Below are positions 25,517-39,145 of a stretch of DNA of 64,000 nt, piece by piece; the stretch's first letter is position 1, and the number at the start of each line of letters is the position of its first letter. The notes beneath the pieces are model-generated. The model was not told where the DNA came from, ran no database searches, and saw nothing but the letters and a program-made list of their open reading frames with translations. This stretch comes from Chara braunii (lineage: Eukaryota > Plantae > Charophyceae). Location: the NCBI GenBank assembly GCA_003427395.1, contig BFEA01000008.1, forward strand, positions 3,982,919 through 4,046,918, written 5' to 3'. A program made the translations under genes and the position numbers.

Positions 25517-28500
25517 TTATTCATAGCCTACCTCCCTGCAGGTGAATAGGGTCGAGTAGAGGTTTGCTGTAAAGTCCCCTGTCAGCCATCGGGAGAGTAC
25601 CAGTCTACCTTCTAGCCAGACTGCTGCCAAGCTATTCTTCTTTGCCCAGGACCTCAGGAACCATAGTCTAGCTCTGTACCTTGCCGGTTCTTGTTTACTA
25701 AGAACCTTGCTTCTCCAGTCCACTACCAACATCTGCCGCAACGTGGCTTTCATGCCCCACTTGAGAGCAGCGTTTGAAAGATATTTATCTTGAAAAAGGA
25801 TTGAATTCCTTTCTTTCCAGACCCACCACAGTGCCGCATGGCGATTGCGACATAGCCCCAACCTGAACCGTACTTGAGAGAAGGACGGAGTATTCTTGTG
25901 AGTGTCCAGCTTAGGTGTCATGTCACCTCCTCCAGGCCTCCCAGTTCTTTCCAATGGTGGGCCCACCACCTCCAAATGCGCGCTGACAGCGGACATTCGG
26001 ATCCCCCCAAAGATGGCTTGATAAACAGACTCTCAGCATCCAGCGGTGCCGCGTGAACAATTAGCCAAATCAAGGAAGCGCATTTGGTATTTGGCAATCT
26101 ATCACAAACCTTCCACATTTCTTGATAATACGAAGCTGACAAAGGGACCCCATTGGCCGATGAAGGGTGTACAACTTGGATCTTCGCGGTTGAGCTCCCA
26201 TTCTTCTGCAGAATATGCATGCCCAATTTAACAGTGTAGGAGTTAAGATTCGGGGAGCCTATAACCTTGGGTCAACCGTAAAGGCCAGTATCTACTCGCA
26301 TTTGTCTGATTGGTATACCCCCTGTACTGAGAACTGGGTAAGTAACACCTATTTTCGTGAATTGTATCGACACCCGTACCTGTTCAGTCATACACTATTG
26401 TGAGGTAGAACATTCTTCTACAAATTGCAACGCTTCGCTTAAAATTTCATTTTGCTGTTTTCGTATGCAAACCTCCGCTATAACTCGGCTTGATCAACTA
26501 TCTTATAGAATCTCTGGTCGCCACTGCTCAATGACAGCGAATGCACGTACCATTCGTCTCTAACAGCCATTTCGTCAAAACGGACATATTATATTTTTTG
26601 AATGAAACTAAAATTGAGCTTTTGGGCCGAAATCCGGTCCAAATTTTTGATTTCTGGGGTTTCGGTGTTCCTAGAACGCCGGACCCCCTAGATGTATCTA
26701 GTCTTAAGCTGCGACCAGATATATCTAAGGGGTCCGGTGTTCTCGGAACGTTGGACCCCAGGAGCCAAGACTTTGGACTAGATTTCGACGTAAAAACTCA
26801 ATTTTAATTTCGTTCAAAAAAATATGTCCGTTTTGACGAAATGGCTATTTTTGTCGTCCACTCCTGCCATAAGCAAGGTTTTCCACTCCGCTGCGATTGC
26901 ATCCACGAGTTCCTTCAATCTCCCTTCCACGTACCACAGCCGCCCCAAAATTTTCTTAACCTCTTAGGGGGTACGCCAACACAGTTGAACCTCATCCCAG
27001 ATATCCTCGATCGTTACTATCCCCTTTTCTATCCAAGCTCTACCAAACTTTCCCCTGCCAGCCAAAGCTGGAAAACAATTATTATTACCCTGTTTTATCC
27101 TATGGCTATCAAACAGCGGTTGTCTCAGGATTTCGGCCCTTGTGGTCGGTTCATCTAAAACTTTTGCCGAGACTGACCTTCAAACCTGCAGAACTCCGTT
27201 CCAAAAGGGGGATTTTTGTATGCTCCTCTTATAAGAATCGAGAGTGAGGAGTAACCACACATCCTCCGATCTGCATAGGTCCCAATCCTTAGCTAGAAGG
27301 TATTCCGCGAGCGTCACCCAGTATGTGTCCTCGGTGTCGTTGATGGCTCTAATGGGCCATTTGTAGAGAAGGGTTGCATTCTGGTGTTTTGGGTCCAGTA
27401 ATGCAAGTTCCCCCTCTCTTTTGACTGTTGTCAACTTGTCCCATGCAAGCTTGGATAAGAAACCCACCTCCTCCTTTGCGTCAGGCTTCCACACATACCT
27501 CGTTGCTGCACCTTTGATTTTCCTTGCAGTGGCTTTGCCCATACGCCTGAGTGATCCTGCATACCACAGTTAGGAGAAAACTGAAGCGTTCAGGATCAGT
27601 GCTCTTCCCATAAGAGACAGTCCATGGGTTGACTTCCACTTTTGAACTCTTTATTCCACCTGATCTAACAAGATTTGGTCTTGCACCTTGACACAATTTT
27701 GCAAAGATACATGTATCCCCAAAAAATGCTCGGCGGTGTCTGCATGAATTTTCTTCATCCCCAAGTCCATACAGATGGTGTATTGGTCAGGTGAGAAAAA
27801 AACAGATTTGTTCCAATTAACTTGAGCTTCACAAAGATCATAATATTCCATAATTATGGACTTAACTGTCGCGATAGGCCCATCCGTGTTTTTGGATATA
27901 ATGGACAGATCGTCAGCCAGGGCACTAAAGTTATGTCTGATGTTATTCAACATAACATCCATCTGGATAACAAACAGAAGGGGCGCAAGGGGGCACCTTT
28001 GCCGCAGGGAGCGCGTTAATGGAAATGAGTCGGATATGCGACCGTTAATCATGATCGAGGTCGTTGAGAAGCAATAAAGTGTTTTAACCCATGAACAGTA
28101 TGAGAGACCAATTCCTACATGCTTCAAGGAAGTGATCACAAAGGTCCAGTTGAGTCTGAGTTGACCCGATCATAGGCCTTTTCTAAGTCCAAAAACAGGG
28201 CTGCCATATCTAGCTCTTCTTCTGCGATCACTTCTATAGCCTTAACAATCGTGAGTATATTATCTAAAATTGATCCTCCTTTCACAAATGCCCCCGTGGT
28301 CTGCCCCTACCAACCCAGGTAAGAAGTCCGCTAACCCGATGGTCAATGTTTTGACCAACAACTTGTACACTATGTTCAAAAGTGAAATGGGGCGCCAATT
28401 GCGAATATTATTCTTCTCAAATTTTTTAAACAGCAGTGCAATTAAACCTTAAATTTTGGTCATTGCTGCCGGTAGGGGGGTGCCTTGCAATACCTCATAA

Positions 28501-29726
28501 TAGACATAAACCAAAATTTTGGAAAACAAATCTCAAAACTTCAAAAAGAGTTTGATCGGGAGGCTGTCCTCCTCTGAAGTTTTTTTCTCAGCCATTTATT
28601 TTGGAGCGTGGGTAAGCTCTTCTGTCGTGATTAGTCTGTCCAATAGGAGTCTGCCTTATGGCGGGATTCTCGCCGTGGTATTAAGCCAAAACGAATAGGA
28701 CTTAGACAAATCCCTATCTATATCATTCGCCAGTTTCCTGGATGTCAAGATATCCTTAAAGTATGTCACTGCGTATTCACACATGCCTATATTTTTGGAG
28801 GTATGATGGAGGTTAGGGTCAAATGGGTGGGCAAGTTCCTTCATTATCCTATGTTGTGAGTTCTGGTGCTTGATCAATGCGAAAGTCTTTGTGGTCATTC
28901 TATCCAATTTTTCCATGCCCTTGACTTTGCATATTTCCAACAACAGTTTCTGCATGTTGGACTGAAGTTTCTCCCATCTGATTAACCATCGTAACCTCTC
29001 CTTGGCCCAATAAGCGTCTGAAACCGGGTGCAGACCCATTGCTACTTCTGCTTCTTCAATTTTTTTTTTGCATTCCTCCTTATCTCTGTTCCTAAAACAA
29101 ATATTGATCCTAGAAAAAACAGAGAGTGTTTTGGATATTATGCGCAACCCTGCAAGCCGTTCCCCTTTAATAGATGAGAAGCAGGGTCTGGCTTGTTCCG
29201 AAGCTTTGTTCTGCTCGTCTACCACTCGCATGTGCCTGCATCTTCAAGATTTTCTACATTACGTCTGAAAAAAACCCTTTCCCGATCAATACATGACCCT
29301 AGTAAGAATTGGGCGATGACAAGGTAGTGGTTCGAGAGTGGGTCCACTACAGGGGTAATAGCTGTTAACGATTCCCATGCCAAAGCACGTACGAAGATCA
29401 TGTCTAACCTGCGTTGTGACTTGGGAATTGGGTTGTTCGTTCGTGCAAGATCCTTATGAGTAAGGATGGTTGTCCCTCCTTTTGTGCCATCTGTCGGCAG
29501 TGTCGAGGCCCACAATTGAGGGTCATCTCACCATCTACCCCGGTCCCTAATCTTTTGGCTGTCTAGCTTAGTCTCTTGAAGGCAGATGATTTGTGCGCGC
29601 CGTTTATGGATCCACGTTTTTAGATGTGCGCACTTCTCTCTACCGTTTGAGTCACACAAACCCCTCACATTCCAGGAGACCAAGGCAAAACGGTTCATTT
29701 AGGGGGAGCACGGTCAGAATGTTCAT
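25517..29726 (-). pseudogene. LINE ORF2 (APE endonuclease, reverse transcriptase, zf-RVT), multiple stops and frameshifts
   Basis: ICLQETK, KGGTTIL, RRLDMIF..SNHYLV (EN). NWRPISL, LDLEKAYDRV, SLRQRCPLAPLLF, LADDL (RT). ALWWVWKERNS (C-terminal). Confidence 0.85.
26562..26849. mobile_element. Fold-back (palindromic) MITE of the AACAGCC family inserted in LINE ORF2
   Basis: ~135-bp imperfect inverted arms (AGCCATTTCGTCAAAACGGACATA.. / ..TATGTCCGTTTTGACGAAATGGCT) around a ~15-bp centre. Confidence 0.85.
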
Positions 29727-29789
29727 GAATGCGGTCTGCCCCTTTGCTGGGCATCTTTTTCTGACGTTCCCTCCTTCATTCTTTCTCTG

Positions 29790-32746
29790 GGAGGGAGGCT
29801 GAGGTGCGACTGTTCCTGAAGAACAGGGATGCCAAATTCCTCCCCTTAAGCTTGGAATTGCATTCCACTACGAAATCTGCTGGGAGGCCATCTTCCAGTT
29901 GGACCCGTGTCAACAGGGGATTGTTGATACTATCAAACCACCCGCTGGGGGTCAGACGACTCCTTGTTCAAGAGTGGGGTAAGCATCCGAGGGGAGCCGA
30001 AGATTCATGAAAGGAACTTACATGCAATGCAGAGTCCTTTCAGAACTTTGTTTGACCACCCTCCCCGTGGTCAAGTTTGGGATCACTCTGCAGGGAAATC
30101 GGTTGTTCAAAATATTGTTAACGCATTTCAAAATAGCTTCATTATCTGGCGGGAACTCTGTTCCGAAGGACGCCAAAGTCAGAACGTTATTACCCAAGTC
30201 GTGGCAGAGGATGAGGACCCGTTTTGAGTCAGGTACACAGATTATCAGGACAATCCACTTAAACACCGAGTTAGGGTCGGTCGGGACTGTTGGCACACCT
30301 TGCGCCACGTTTAATTGAGGTTCCTCTTTGTTCCGTTCTTTATCAAGTTATCAGAGGAGCTCTGCTGTAGGGACGATTGATGAGGTAGAGGATTCATCCT
30401 CCGAAAAGCTAAGGGAGCGAGGCGATTTTTCGCCTGATAAGAACATTCTGTGTTGTTTTAGTGGGCTCTTGCCTTTTCTTGAGAGCAACTGTTGGCTTTC
30501 CTCTACCTCTGACTCCTTACCGTCCGCTGCATTTGTGGGGCCATCCTGATGCTTCGTGGCCGAATGGTCTTCATGACTTCGCGACTTTGTGCTTTTAGCT
30601 CTATAGCATGACCCTTTGCTTCGATCTAGGTCAGAGCCTTTTTGTTGCGAAGCACCAGACTGTGGGGTTGCGGCCACAAAAAATTCCTCTATGATATGAT
30701 TTTCCGACAAACCGGGCTCTTGCGCGTTCTGTTGATGGATGGGTTTTACCGTTTCCAACAGAGATGCTATAACGCCTGGAGGTAACGGCTGAGGCTCGAA
30801 GATCGGATTAATGTGTTGGTGAAAGGGCGATGGTGGGCGGACATAGTCCTAAGTTCCCGGGCTCGCCCAGTATCCTCGACCAAAACTTGAGGTGGGTACA
30901 TAAAATTTGCCAATCGGAGGCCCTGACCCCATTTGAGACACTGGTCTAAACACGAACGATTGTGGGGGGATCGGGGGGGGGGGAGGGACTGGCCCTGTGT
31001 GTGCCGGATGAGGTGGTTGAGGGTAAAAAGGCTGCTGGGGGTGAGGGTAAACGGGGACTCCGAATTGGTATTAGGATGGTTGGTGGTGGTGGTAGGGGTA
31101 CACTTGATGTTGTGGAGGGTGATGTGGCTGGGACGCCTTGGGCTGAGGGTGGCGGTCGGAGTGCCTCTGAGAGTATGATGTGATGCGTGGGTGAATGTCA
31201 GGGGGGGGGTTATGGGGAGTTGCGGTGGGGCCGGAATTCGGACCCTGATTATGACTAGATTCAGGGCCACCTCTGCTGGGTGGGGGGTTTCTATTGCCGC
31301 CTCTACCGCCCACAGAGTGAGGTTGCGAGGATGATGCAACACCTTGTGTAGTAAAGTGCAGGGGATGGTGCGGGCAAATNNNNNNNNNNNNNNNNNNNNN
31401 NNNNNNNNNNNNNNNNNNNNNNNNNNNNNNNNNNNNNNNNNNNNNNNNNNNNNNNNNNNNNNNNNNNNNNNNNNNNNNNNNNNNNNNNNNNNNNNNNNNN
31501 NNNNNNNNNNNNNNNNNNNNNNNNNNNNNNNNNNNNNNNNNNNNNNNNNNNNNNNNNNNNNNNNNNNNNNNNNNNNNNNNNNNNNNNNNNNNNNNNNNNN
31601 NNNNNNNNNNNNNNNNNNNNNNNNNNNNNNNNNNNNNNNNNNNNNNNNNNNNNNNNNNNNNNNNNNNNNNNNNNNNNNNNNNNNNNNNNNNNNNNNNNNN
31701 NNNNNNNNNNNNNNNNNNNNNNNNNNNNNNNNNNNNNNNNNNNNNNNNNNNNNNNNNNNNNNNNNNNNNNNNNNNNNNNNNNNNNNNNNNNNNNNNNNNN
31801 NNNNNNNNNNNNNNNNNNNNNNNNNNNNNNNNNNNNNNNNNNNNNNNNNNNNNNNNNNNNNNNNNNNNNNNNNNNNNNNNNNNNNNNNNNNNNNNNNNNN
31901 NNNNNNNNNNNNNNNNNNNNNNNNNNNNNNNNNNNNNNNNNNNNNNNNNNNNNNNNNNNNNNNNNNNNNNNNNNNNNNNNNNNNNNNNNNNNNNNNNNNN
32001 NNNNNNNNNNNNNNNNNNNNNNNNNNNNNNNNNNNNNNNNNNNNNNNNNNNNNNNNNNNNNNNNNNNNNNNNNNNNNNNNNNNNNNNNNNNNNNNNNNNN
32101 NNNNNNNNNNNNNNNNNNNNNNNNNNNNNNNNNNNNNNNNNNNNNNNNNNNNNNNNNNNNNNNNNNNNNNNNNNNNNNNNNNNNNNNNNNNNNNNNNNNN
32201 NNNNGGATTTTGGCAAAAAAAATCAGTTTTGATTTCGTTCAAAAAATATAATATGTCCGTTTTGACGAAATGGTTGTTCTCCGGTTCCTTCTTAGTAGCC
32301 CATCTTTGAAAGGAGACCTAATACAAAGTGTTGGTCTCATCCAATTTAATTTTGTCCGAGTCCTTACCAACCATAAATTCAGCAATCTCTTTAGCGGTGG
32401 CAACATAGGAAAAGACATTACCCCCCTCGCTCTTCACCCTGCCTCGTTTCAAGGAGGGGTTCACTGCTCGATTTGAGTACCACCCTTCCTCGTAAATTCT
32501 GATCAACATTTCCTTAATTTTATTTGGAAGTGATTTGGCATCATCCTAAAAAATGATAACTACCATTCATTCTTTTAGCCATTTTACTGCCGCGTTGTTC
32601 AGTTCGGAGTTAAGGGTAATCTGAGTTGTTCGGTCGTCGATCTCACAACTACCATGATTAAGACCCACCGGAAGGATCCCATCCTCGAAGCATGCCGCAA
32701 TCATAGAGCAAATCGTGTCTCCCTCGGCATCTTCCGAGGTCGCCAT
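29790..32746 (-). pseudogene. LINE ORF1 remnant (spans N gap)
   Basis: ATG at 32746 (MATSEDAEGD..), then LIRIYEEGWY..RGRVKSEGGNVFSYVA. CPHHP follows the gap (cf. CPLHP in the other ORF1), then a low-complexity linker and a globular segment at 29800-30310. Confidence 0.6.
32205..32278. mobile_element. Right end of an AACAACC-family element (rest lies in N gap)
   Basis: ATTTCGTTCAAAAAATATAATATGTCCGTTTTGACGAAATGGTTGTT, as at 15800-15845. Confidence 0.7.
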
Positions 32747-34173
32747 GTCGCCAAAAGTTCGGGACGCTCACACCCAAATTGGTTTCCAGACCAGTACTCC
32801 CCTTATCCTGTTAATGAACAGCACAGTAAATGCGGACGCAACCTAACCGAAGTTAATTCACAGTCTATAGGCTTAGGAGGCGGGGCCTACCGGTGAGAGC
32901 TTTATCTGATTTTCAGTTTTCAGATCGGATTGCAGGGAGCCCTGCAGATTTGAGTTATCCGAGTAGTAGCCGCACATCCAGAGGATAGGTGCCTAACGCA
33001 CGCGCCCTAGAGATCGGCATCTTTGAGCTGGAGATGTCACGGGCTGACGTGAAGCGAGCTCCTGACACGTGTCTTTCGTGGAGATAGGTATCCCGCGGTA
33101 GTGCTTCTAAGTGGCGTCCTTCGACATGCACACAAATGCTGCTTTCTCACTTGGAAACATTCCTTCGTGACAGGAGTAAGGCGGAGTATTGCTGATTGAA
33201 GAAAGTATGTGTGTACAGGATCGCTGGAATCAGACGCGTCAAGTGGACAGAATGGCGGCTTTGGTCAACGAAGAGTACACGATTGTCCCTCCACAATATT
33301 TCCCAATTAAGTAACACCGTTCTCGTTCGTGAGAGTGGGGCGAAAGGAAATCGTTGCAGAAAGAGGCTATTTATAGTTGACAATACAGGTCAAAATTCTC
33401 AAAGAATCAGTCAAAGGTAGCGTCAAAGGTTGAGTCAAAGAGCCCTGCTCCTTATCAGAGGGTTGGAGAAATATACATTCAGGAAGCAGAAAAGGATACG
33501 GCTAGTACAACTGTCCCCACACTACATAAAAGAGGAATGAGAGTCAGAGTCAACGCTTTTCACTAAAGTACAATAAGAGTAAAGTTCAGTAGGGAAGTTA
33601 GTTAGAGTAAGGATTAGAGGAGAGAATAGTAATCAAGACTGCCACAAGAGGAGAAACTGCGGAAGAAGTAGTAGAAACCAACATGAGATGACAGATCAAA
33701 AGGTATGTGCTACTCCCTCGACTTCCTCTACTCCAGATCCCATACCCTCCCGTGTATGTTTTTCTGTTTCCCTCCACGATTCAAAAAAGTCTCCAGCCAG
33801 GAACTGCTGAATTAATGACAAAACAAACACGGTTATCATCAACGAAGAAGTAATTCACAACTTTACTACAGAAGACATAGAGTATCTACAGTGAGACGAG
33901 ATAGGGAAGTACTAGAGGAAGATCTCGTAAACTCACACGAATCATCTGTGAAGTTACCCATCTTCCCAGAAAGGGTCTCTTCCCCATTCTTTCTCTTTCC
34001 CCCCCCCCCCCCTCGCTTGCTTTCTCTTGCCACTGGCAAATCTACCCTCAATCCATTGTCCCTCCACGTGTCTCTTCCCCCCACCTCAACTTCAACCCCT
34101 TCCCCCACCCTCCATTCACCCGATAAATTATCCTTTATCCCCTCAGGCGTCTCCCCCCCTCCCCCTCCTCCAA

Positions 34174-34443
34174 CCACTAAGTTATCCCTCATCCCGTTAA
34201 CCGTATCCTCCCCTGCCACATGTCTCCTTCCTATAACCCACACTAGCACCGTCCCCTCTTCCGTATTCGATTGCTTACTCTATCTCCTTCTAATCTATCC
34301 ATCCCTCCTCCACCCACTAAGTTATCCTTCATCCTGTCAACCGTATCCTCCCCTGCCACGTGTCTCCTTCCTCCAACCCATACTCGCACCGCCCCCACTC
34401 CCCTATTCGCTTGCTTACTCTATCTCCTGCTAATCTATCCATC
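34174..34443. repeat. ~140-bp tandem duplication in the LINE 5' UTR
   Basis: CCACTAAGTTATCC.TCATCC.GT.AACCGTATCCTCCCCTGCCAC at 34174 and 34314. Confidence 0.75.
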
Positions 34444-34625
34444 ACGTACCATCCCACGAGCCTCCCCCCAGCTGTCCTACTCAGCGATCCAAAAATTTGT
34501 CATACTTCTGACGACCTTTACCAACATCCCCAGAGCTGTTCATACCGACTGTCCCACCTCCACACAGGGTCCCACCTTCTGATGTTCATTGCCTTTTCCT
34601 CACATTCCAGGCCAGTTCGGGCAAG

Positions 34626-37600
34626 ATGTTCAAGATGACTTCAAAAAGGGCGAAAGGGCAGGATTCCCTTCTGTTCTATTACGGGGCAATGCGCCACAAT
34701 TTGTTCAGGCAGTTGGGGACGATTCCTTACACCAGACCCAGCTCGCCCAATCATACTCATCACAGGATAACACCAATGAACAATGCAAATGAGAATCTTT
34801 GGAAGACGAGAAACGCAGCGAAATGGCTATCCCATACAGCACAAACCACAACAAACAGGGAGCAATTTCCCTATACTCAGGAAGAGCATCAATCTCATTT
34901 TCCCCCCCTCACCGGTCAAGGAGTCCATCAACATCAAGCCCAGAGGGAGAAGGGGGAATCCTCATCTTCACAGCAGGGGGAGCCTCGACCTCCTCACTCC
35001 CTCATTCCAGATCACAACAATGCACATTCTCAATTACTCCACAAGAACTTCGAAGAACAGTCCTTAGGTAAATCAACAGGGAAGGAGACAATCACAGAGG
35101 ATATGATAATGCAAGACCAAGATGAAATTCTCACGGAGGAAGAAAGATGGTTGGAACAGAATGAGAGGGATCAAGGAGCCTTCCCGAACAAAAGGGAAGA
35201 TTCGTCCAAAAAATCAGAAGAAACATGGGCACTACGTTGCCACTTGTACACACTCTCCTACGAGTAGGGATTCGTACTCTTGTACTCGTACGTTACTCGT
35301 ATGTTAGGGGCCCCGCACGAGATTTTTTTTTTTTTTTTTAATCCGGTATTGTTTTTATTTTGTTTCTTAAATTCTGTTAAGAATCTAAAGATGATGCTCA
35401 GCCAAATGTTGCTTGTTTTGTGTTTTTGCATCACATAGTTTTTTTTCGGATTTTTTTGATGACTTGTTTTTTTTTTTTTTTTTTTTTTTTGCTTTTTCGT
35501 ACGGGGGCGTACAAGACGTACAGGTTTCCGTACAAATCCTGTACAGAAATAACCTGTACGTTTCGTACGGGAAGCCCCCGTACGTGTACTCTATGCAACG
35601 TAGCATGGGCACAAAGAATTAGGACGACACTCCAGGATAAAATGCTTAATGTGACCAGGCCAGCCGTAGGTCCACCGGGAGCTCCTGCAGAAGAATTAAG
35701 GATTCCACGTAAAAACCTCTCCTCTGCGAGGGCCTAGTTTCTTACTCTTTTCCTCCTCCCTTTAGAACAGAAAGTGATAGAACAAGGAGGAAGAAAGACT
35801 CTGATGAAATCCTACCCAGCAGAGAAATTGCCACATAGGGATGCGATCTATACAAAACATGCGAGCAATTGGATTTTTTACAATGAGGGAGCGAACAGAT
35901 CAACAAATGACAAGATAAAATGGATCTGCAAAAGACTGGAGGCAATGAAGGAAAGCACGAAGGCTGTCGCAGAATTCTTTCTAATTCAGCCTATTTCTCC
36001 GACAGTTTTTACCGTTCTTTGCCTCTTCGAGAATGCCAAAAAAACGATTGACAGTTGGAAAAACTTTTTTGGGGCACCTCACAAGTTAGGATTTATCAAT
36101 GGATGCCAAAGAAAATCAGTCCGGAAGAAAAAAGGGACCAGCTGATGAGAGACTTCTACTGGGTTGAGCTGAGACACATTCCAATAGAAGTCCAAGCAGC
36201 TTTCGTTCACGACTTCGGACAACAGTTTAAAATAGTGGATTTTATAGACCCGCTCTCATCCCACGTGGCAAAGAGAGATGATTACTTGATGCTTGCTCTG
36301 GATCTTCAAAAGGAACAACCATTCTCAATGGATGACATAATCTCATATAAGATGGGAGGAAGGATTTACGAAATCCGCACGGCCCATAAATTCAGGCCCT
36401 GGTGTTTCAAATGTAAAGCATATGGACATTTGAGCACAGAATTTGCTTGCCCCCTGCACCCCCAACACGCGTCGATAACGGAACAAAGATTAATTAAAGA
36501 TCCAGTGCGTCCGCATAGATGGATACCAAGGATACCGGGACACGAGGGGTGAGTATATAGTGATGAATCCAATGCGATGGGAACACCGATAGGCTGGTAC
36601 TAGGAAGGTAGAAGTGACCATCGTAAGACCCCCCGCCCACCAGCAGATTGGCTGCCACCGCATCAAACAAATCACCCACCTCAACAGCCGCCTCATCAAC
36701 AGTCCCACGGTATCCAAAGCAAGCATGGGAACCGGAACAACCACTGGCAGGGACAACATGACTTTCAACAGGGCAGACATGATCAACAAAAGCATCACAA
36801 TCTTCAAACTCAGACCATTCAACAGCATAAACAAACCAAGAGTAATCAACACTTACAGCAACAAGATCCAAGGCAGAACGGTCTGAAGATGATAGAAGTA
36901 GGAGGAATTACAAAACCTGCTGCAGGGAACAACAAATCTCTGGGCCCATCTCCGAATGCATATATGCAAAAAAGAGTCCAATCGGGTAATCTGGAATGGA
37001 AGGAAGTAAGAAAGAAACCCAACAATCCAGATCAGAATAACAAGGATACCCCTTCTCAATCACAAAAGCAACAGGCAAAACAATAGCTACAACAACAACA
37101 ACAATGGAATCAACAAACACAGTCTGAACAGCCACAACAGTCAACACAGCAAACACAATAATCGTCACAAGGGGGTACAGTTCAACTGACGGACCAACAG
37201 GAGTTGCAGAATACGCATCCACCGACCAATTCCCAATTCCCAAATGAAACTGATACCTCAACTGAGTCAACGGGTCAAAAGGAAGGTAGAGATGACACGG
37301 TAGACATGGAAATAGATCTGTTGAAAGATTTTTTTTCTCACAAAGGGATGGAGGTAAAAAACGCCCCTGTAGCACCCTCGTCGTTCGCAGTAATGAGGGC
37401 TAGAAGGGCAGGAGAGGATTCTCTGACAGAACTGCAGACCAGCCTGCAAAGGATGACAATGTGGTTCATTGCTAATTTGAAATTTAAAATCCCTGCGGGC
37501 CAAGGATTTGACTGGGCACAAATTCAAGCACACATCACCTCTCTCCTCATGAGTAGTGATAGCATGAAATCAGCGCTTCAATTCGGTTTCCCATCGCACG

Positions 37601-39144
37601 CTGCCTAGACTGACATGTGTGACAGACTCCTCCATGCGGTATCTGAGAAATTATCAATAACCCATCCCCCCTCCCAAACAGGAACAAGACTAGTGACTCA
37701 AGCTCAGGCTGGTACCCGAAATACACAAGACCAAGATTCCAAAATGGAGACTCAAATTATCAAAGGGGCCAGAAGAATGAAGGAACTGGCCAGAAAAAAA
37801 AACAATCACAGAAAACTCAGAATCATGGACCAGAACAAAGAGACAATATTTAAACAATTCACGACGCATAAATAGAACCATCACGTTGCACTGCCGAAGA
37901 GGATAGAGGTTCATAAGAGTACGATGGATAAGCTGACCCTTACCCCAAGCAGGATGTCAAACCCAAAACTAGGTACAAAGGAAAGAGAAAAGGGAAAAAA
38001 AAAAGATATAATTGTGGCCGATTTTGAGCTGCAAAACACCCAGTCCCAACAAACAGAAAGTACGTCGGTTCAACGGCCCAACCCCATGGGTCAAGTCCCA
38101 GAGGACCAAATGGATGCAGAACTTGGATTGGAAAATATCAACAACTCAGATTTGCTGATGGTTATCATGACAACCCAAATGAGGGTCTCACTTTCGGATA
38201 GGGTAGAAGATTCCAGTCAGGATATTCAGTCAGGGGTAATATTCACCTGCTCAAAAGATCATCCTGTAGGGGGAAGCACGGGTAAAAATAGTAATTGTTC
38301 GAATCAACCAAAGTCAAAATTGGTGGATTTTTTTTTCCAGATCACAGGGGAAAATAAATTTCTCCAAGAAAGAATAACGCTGGCACACCAGAGGGATAGA
38401 AGGTCCTCTCTATTAGATGAGGATGAACCCTTCTCTTCTCACCCCATGCAGAGAACAGTAAAGGGAGACAGTAGAAGAAACAGCAAGCAGGAAGCCCCTC
38501 AAGCTCATAAGTAAGGAAGACGAAGCTATTGACCTTACCCAGGACCACCAATCTGAGCTCATATCCACAGTAAAATAAGGGTCAGCAGTAGAACAGGGGG
38601 TACAGACGCACAACCATCGCAGTCACTTCAGATAGTCACATTGTAAGATCTCACCAGCAAATGGCAAAAGCTCAAAGCACGCCTTTTCCAGTATGCCGAT
38701 CAGTCCTCCCTCTCCAAATCAGGAATGGTTTTCCTCCCGGTAAGGTTCAAGGACGGTGAGTGGGAAGCGGGCCTCTCAGCGATTGCCCCGTCTCATTATG
38801 GAGAGATCACTTTGCACGGAGCGGACACATCGGCAAGTAGGTCTGATGCCCTTAAATGGATAAAGGAACGATTCCCAGCAGGAGAGTGGGTCTCCCCCTC
38901 ACTGTCATCAGGCTTGGAGAGAGTAGCTGATTGCGATATATTTATTAAATATAGAGTAACAGACACTCCCTCCCTGAAATGGATGAACTTAGAAACTATC
39001 AAGGACCCACAAATACTTAAAATAAAATCTAATCAGTTTTGGACGGAAGAGGATATCATCACTCTTCTTCTCAGATTGGTACGTAAGGCTTCCCTCAAGA
39101 AAGGTGGGATTCTGGATAAGTTGACCTGGGAAGAAATATTGTAA
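34626..39144 (+). pseudogene. LINE ORF1 remnant, unusually long, with gag-like zinc knuckle
   Basis: YWVELRHIP (RRM/DUF4283-type segment) and CFKCKAYGHLSTEFAC (CCHC-like, ~36400-36450). Long Q/N/S-rich linker. Globular C-terminal segment at 38725-39144. Broken by stops and a MITE. Confidence 0.7.
35232..35603. mobile_element. CTACG-terminus MITE in LINE ORF1
   Basis: Perfect 9-bp TIR CTACGTTGC/GCAACGTAG. Perfect 8-bp TSD CATGGGCA (35224-35231, 35604-35611). CGTAC subterminal repeats. Confidence 0.9.
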
Positions 39145-39145
39145 A

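Larger units (their letters stand above)
25057..32907 (-). mobile_element. L1/Tx1-like LINE, - strand, decayed; its 5' UTR probably continues at 44078-~44608 beyond the nested LINE
   Basis: Poly(T) at 25057-25082 (A-tail). ORF2 and ORF1 remnants are in the correct order. Confidence 0.85.
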
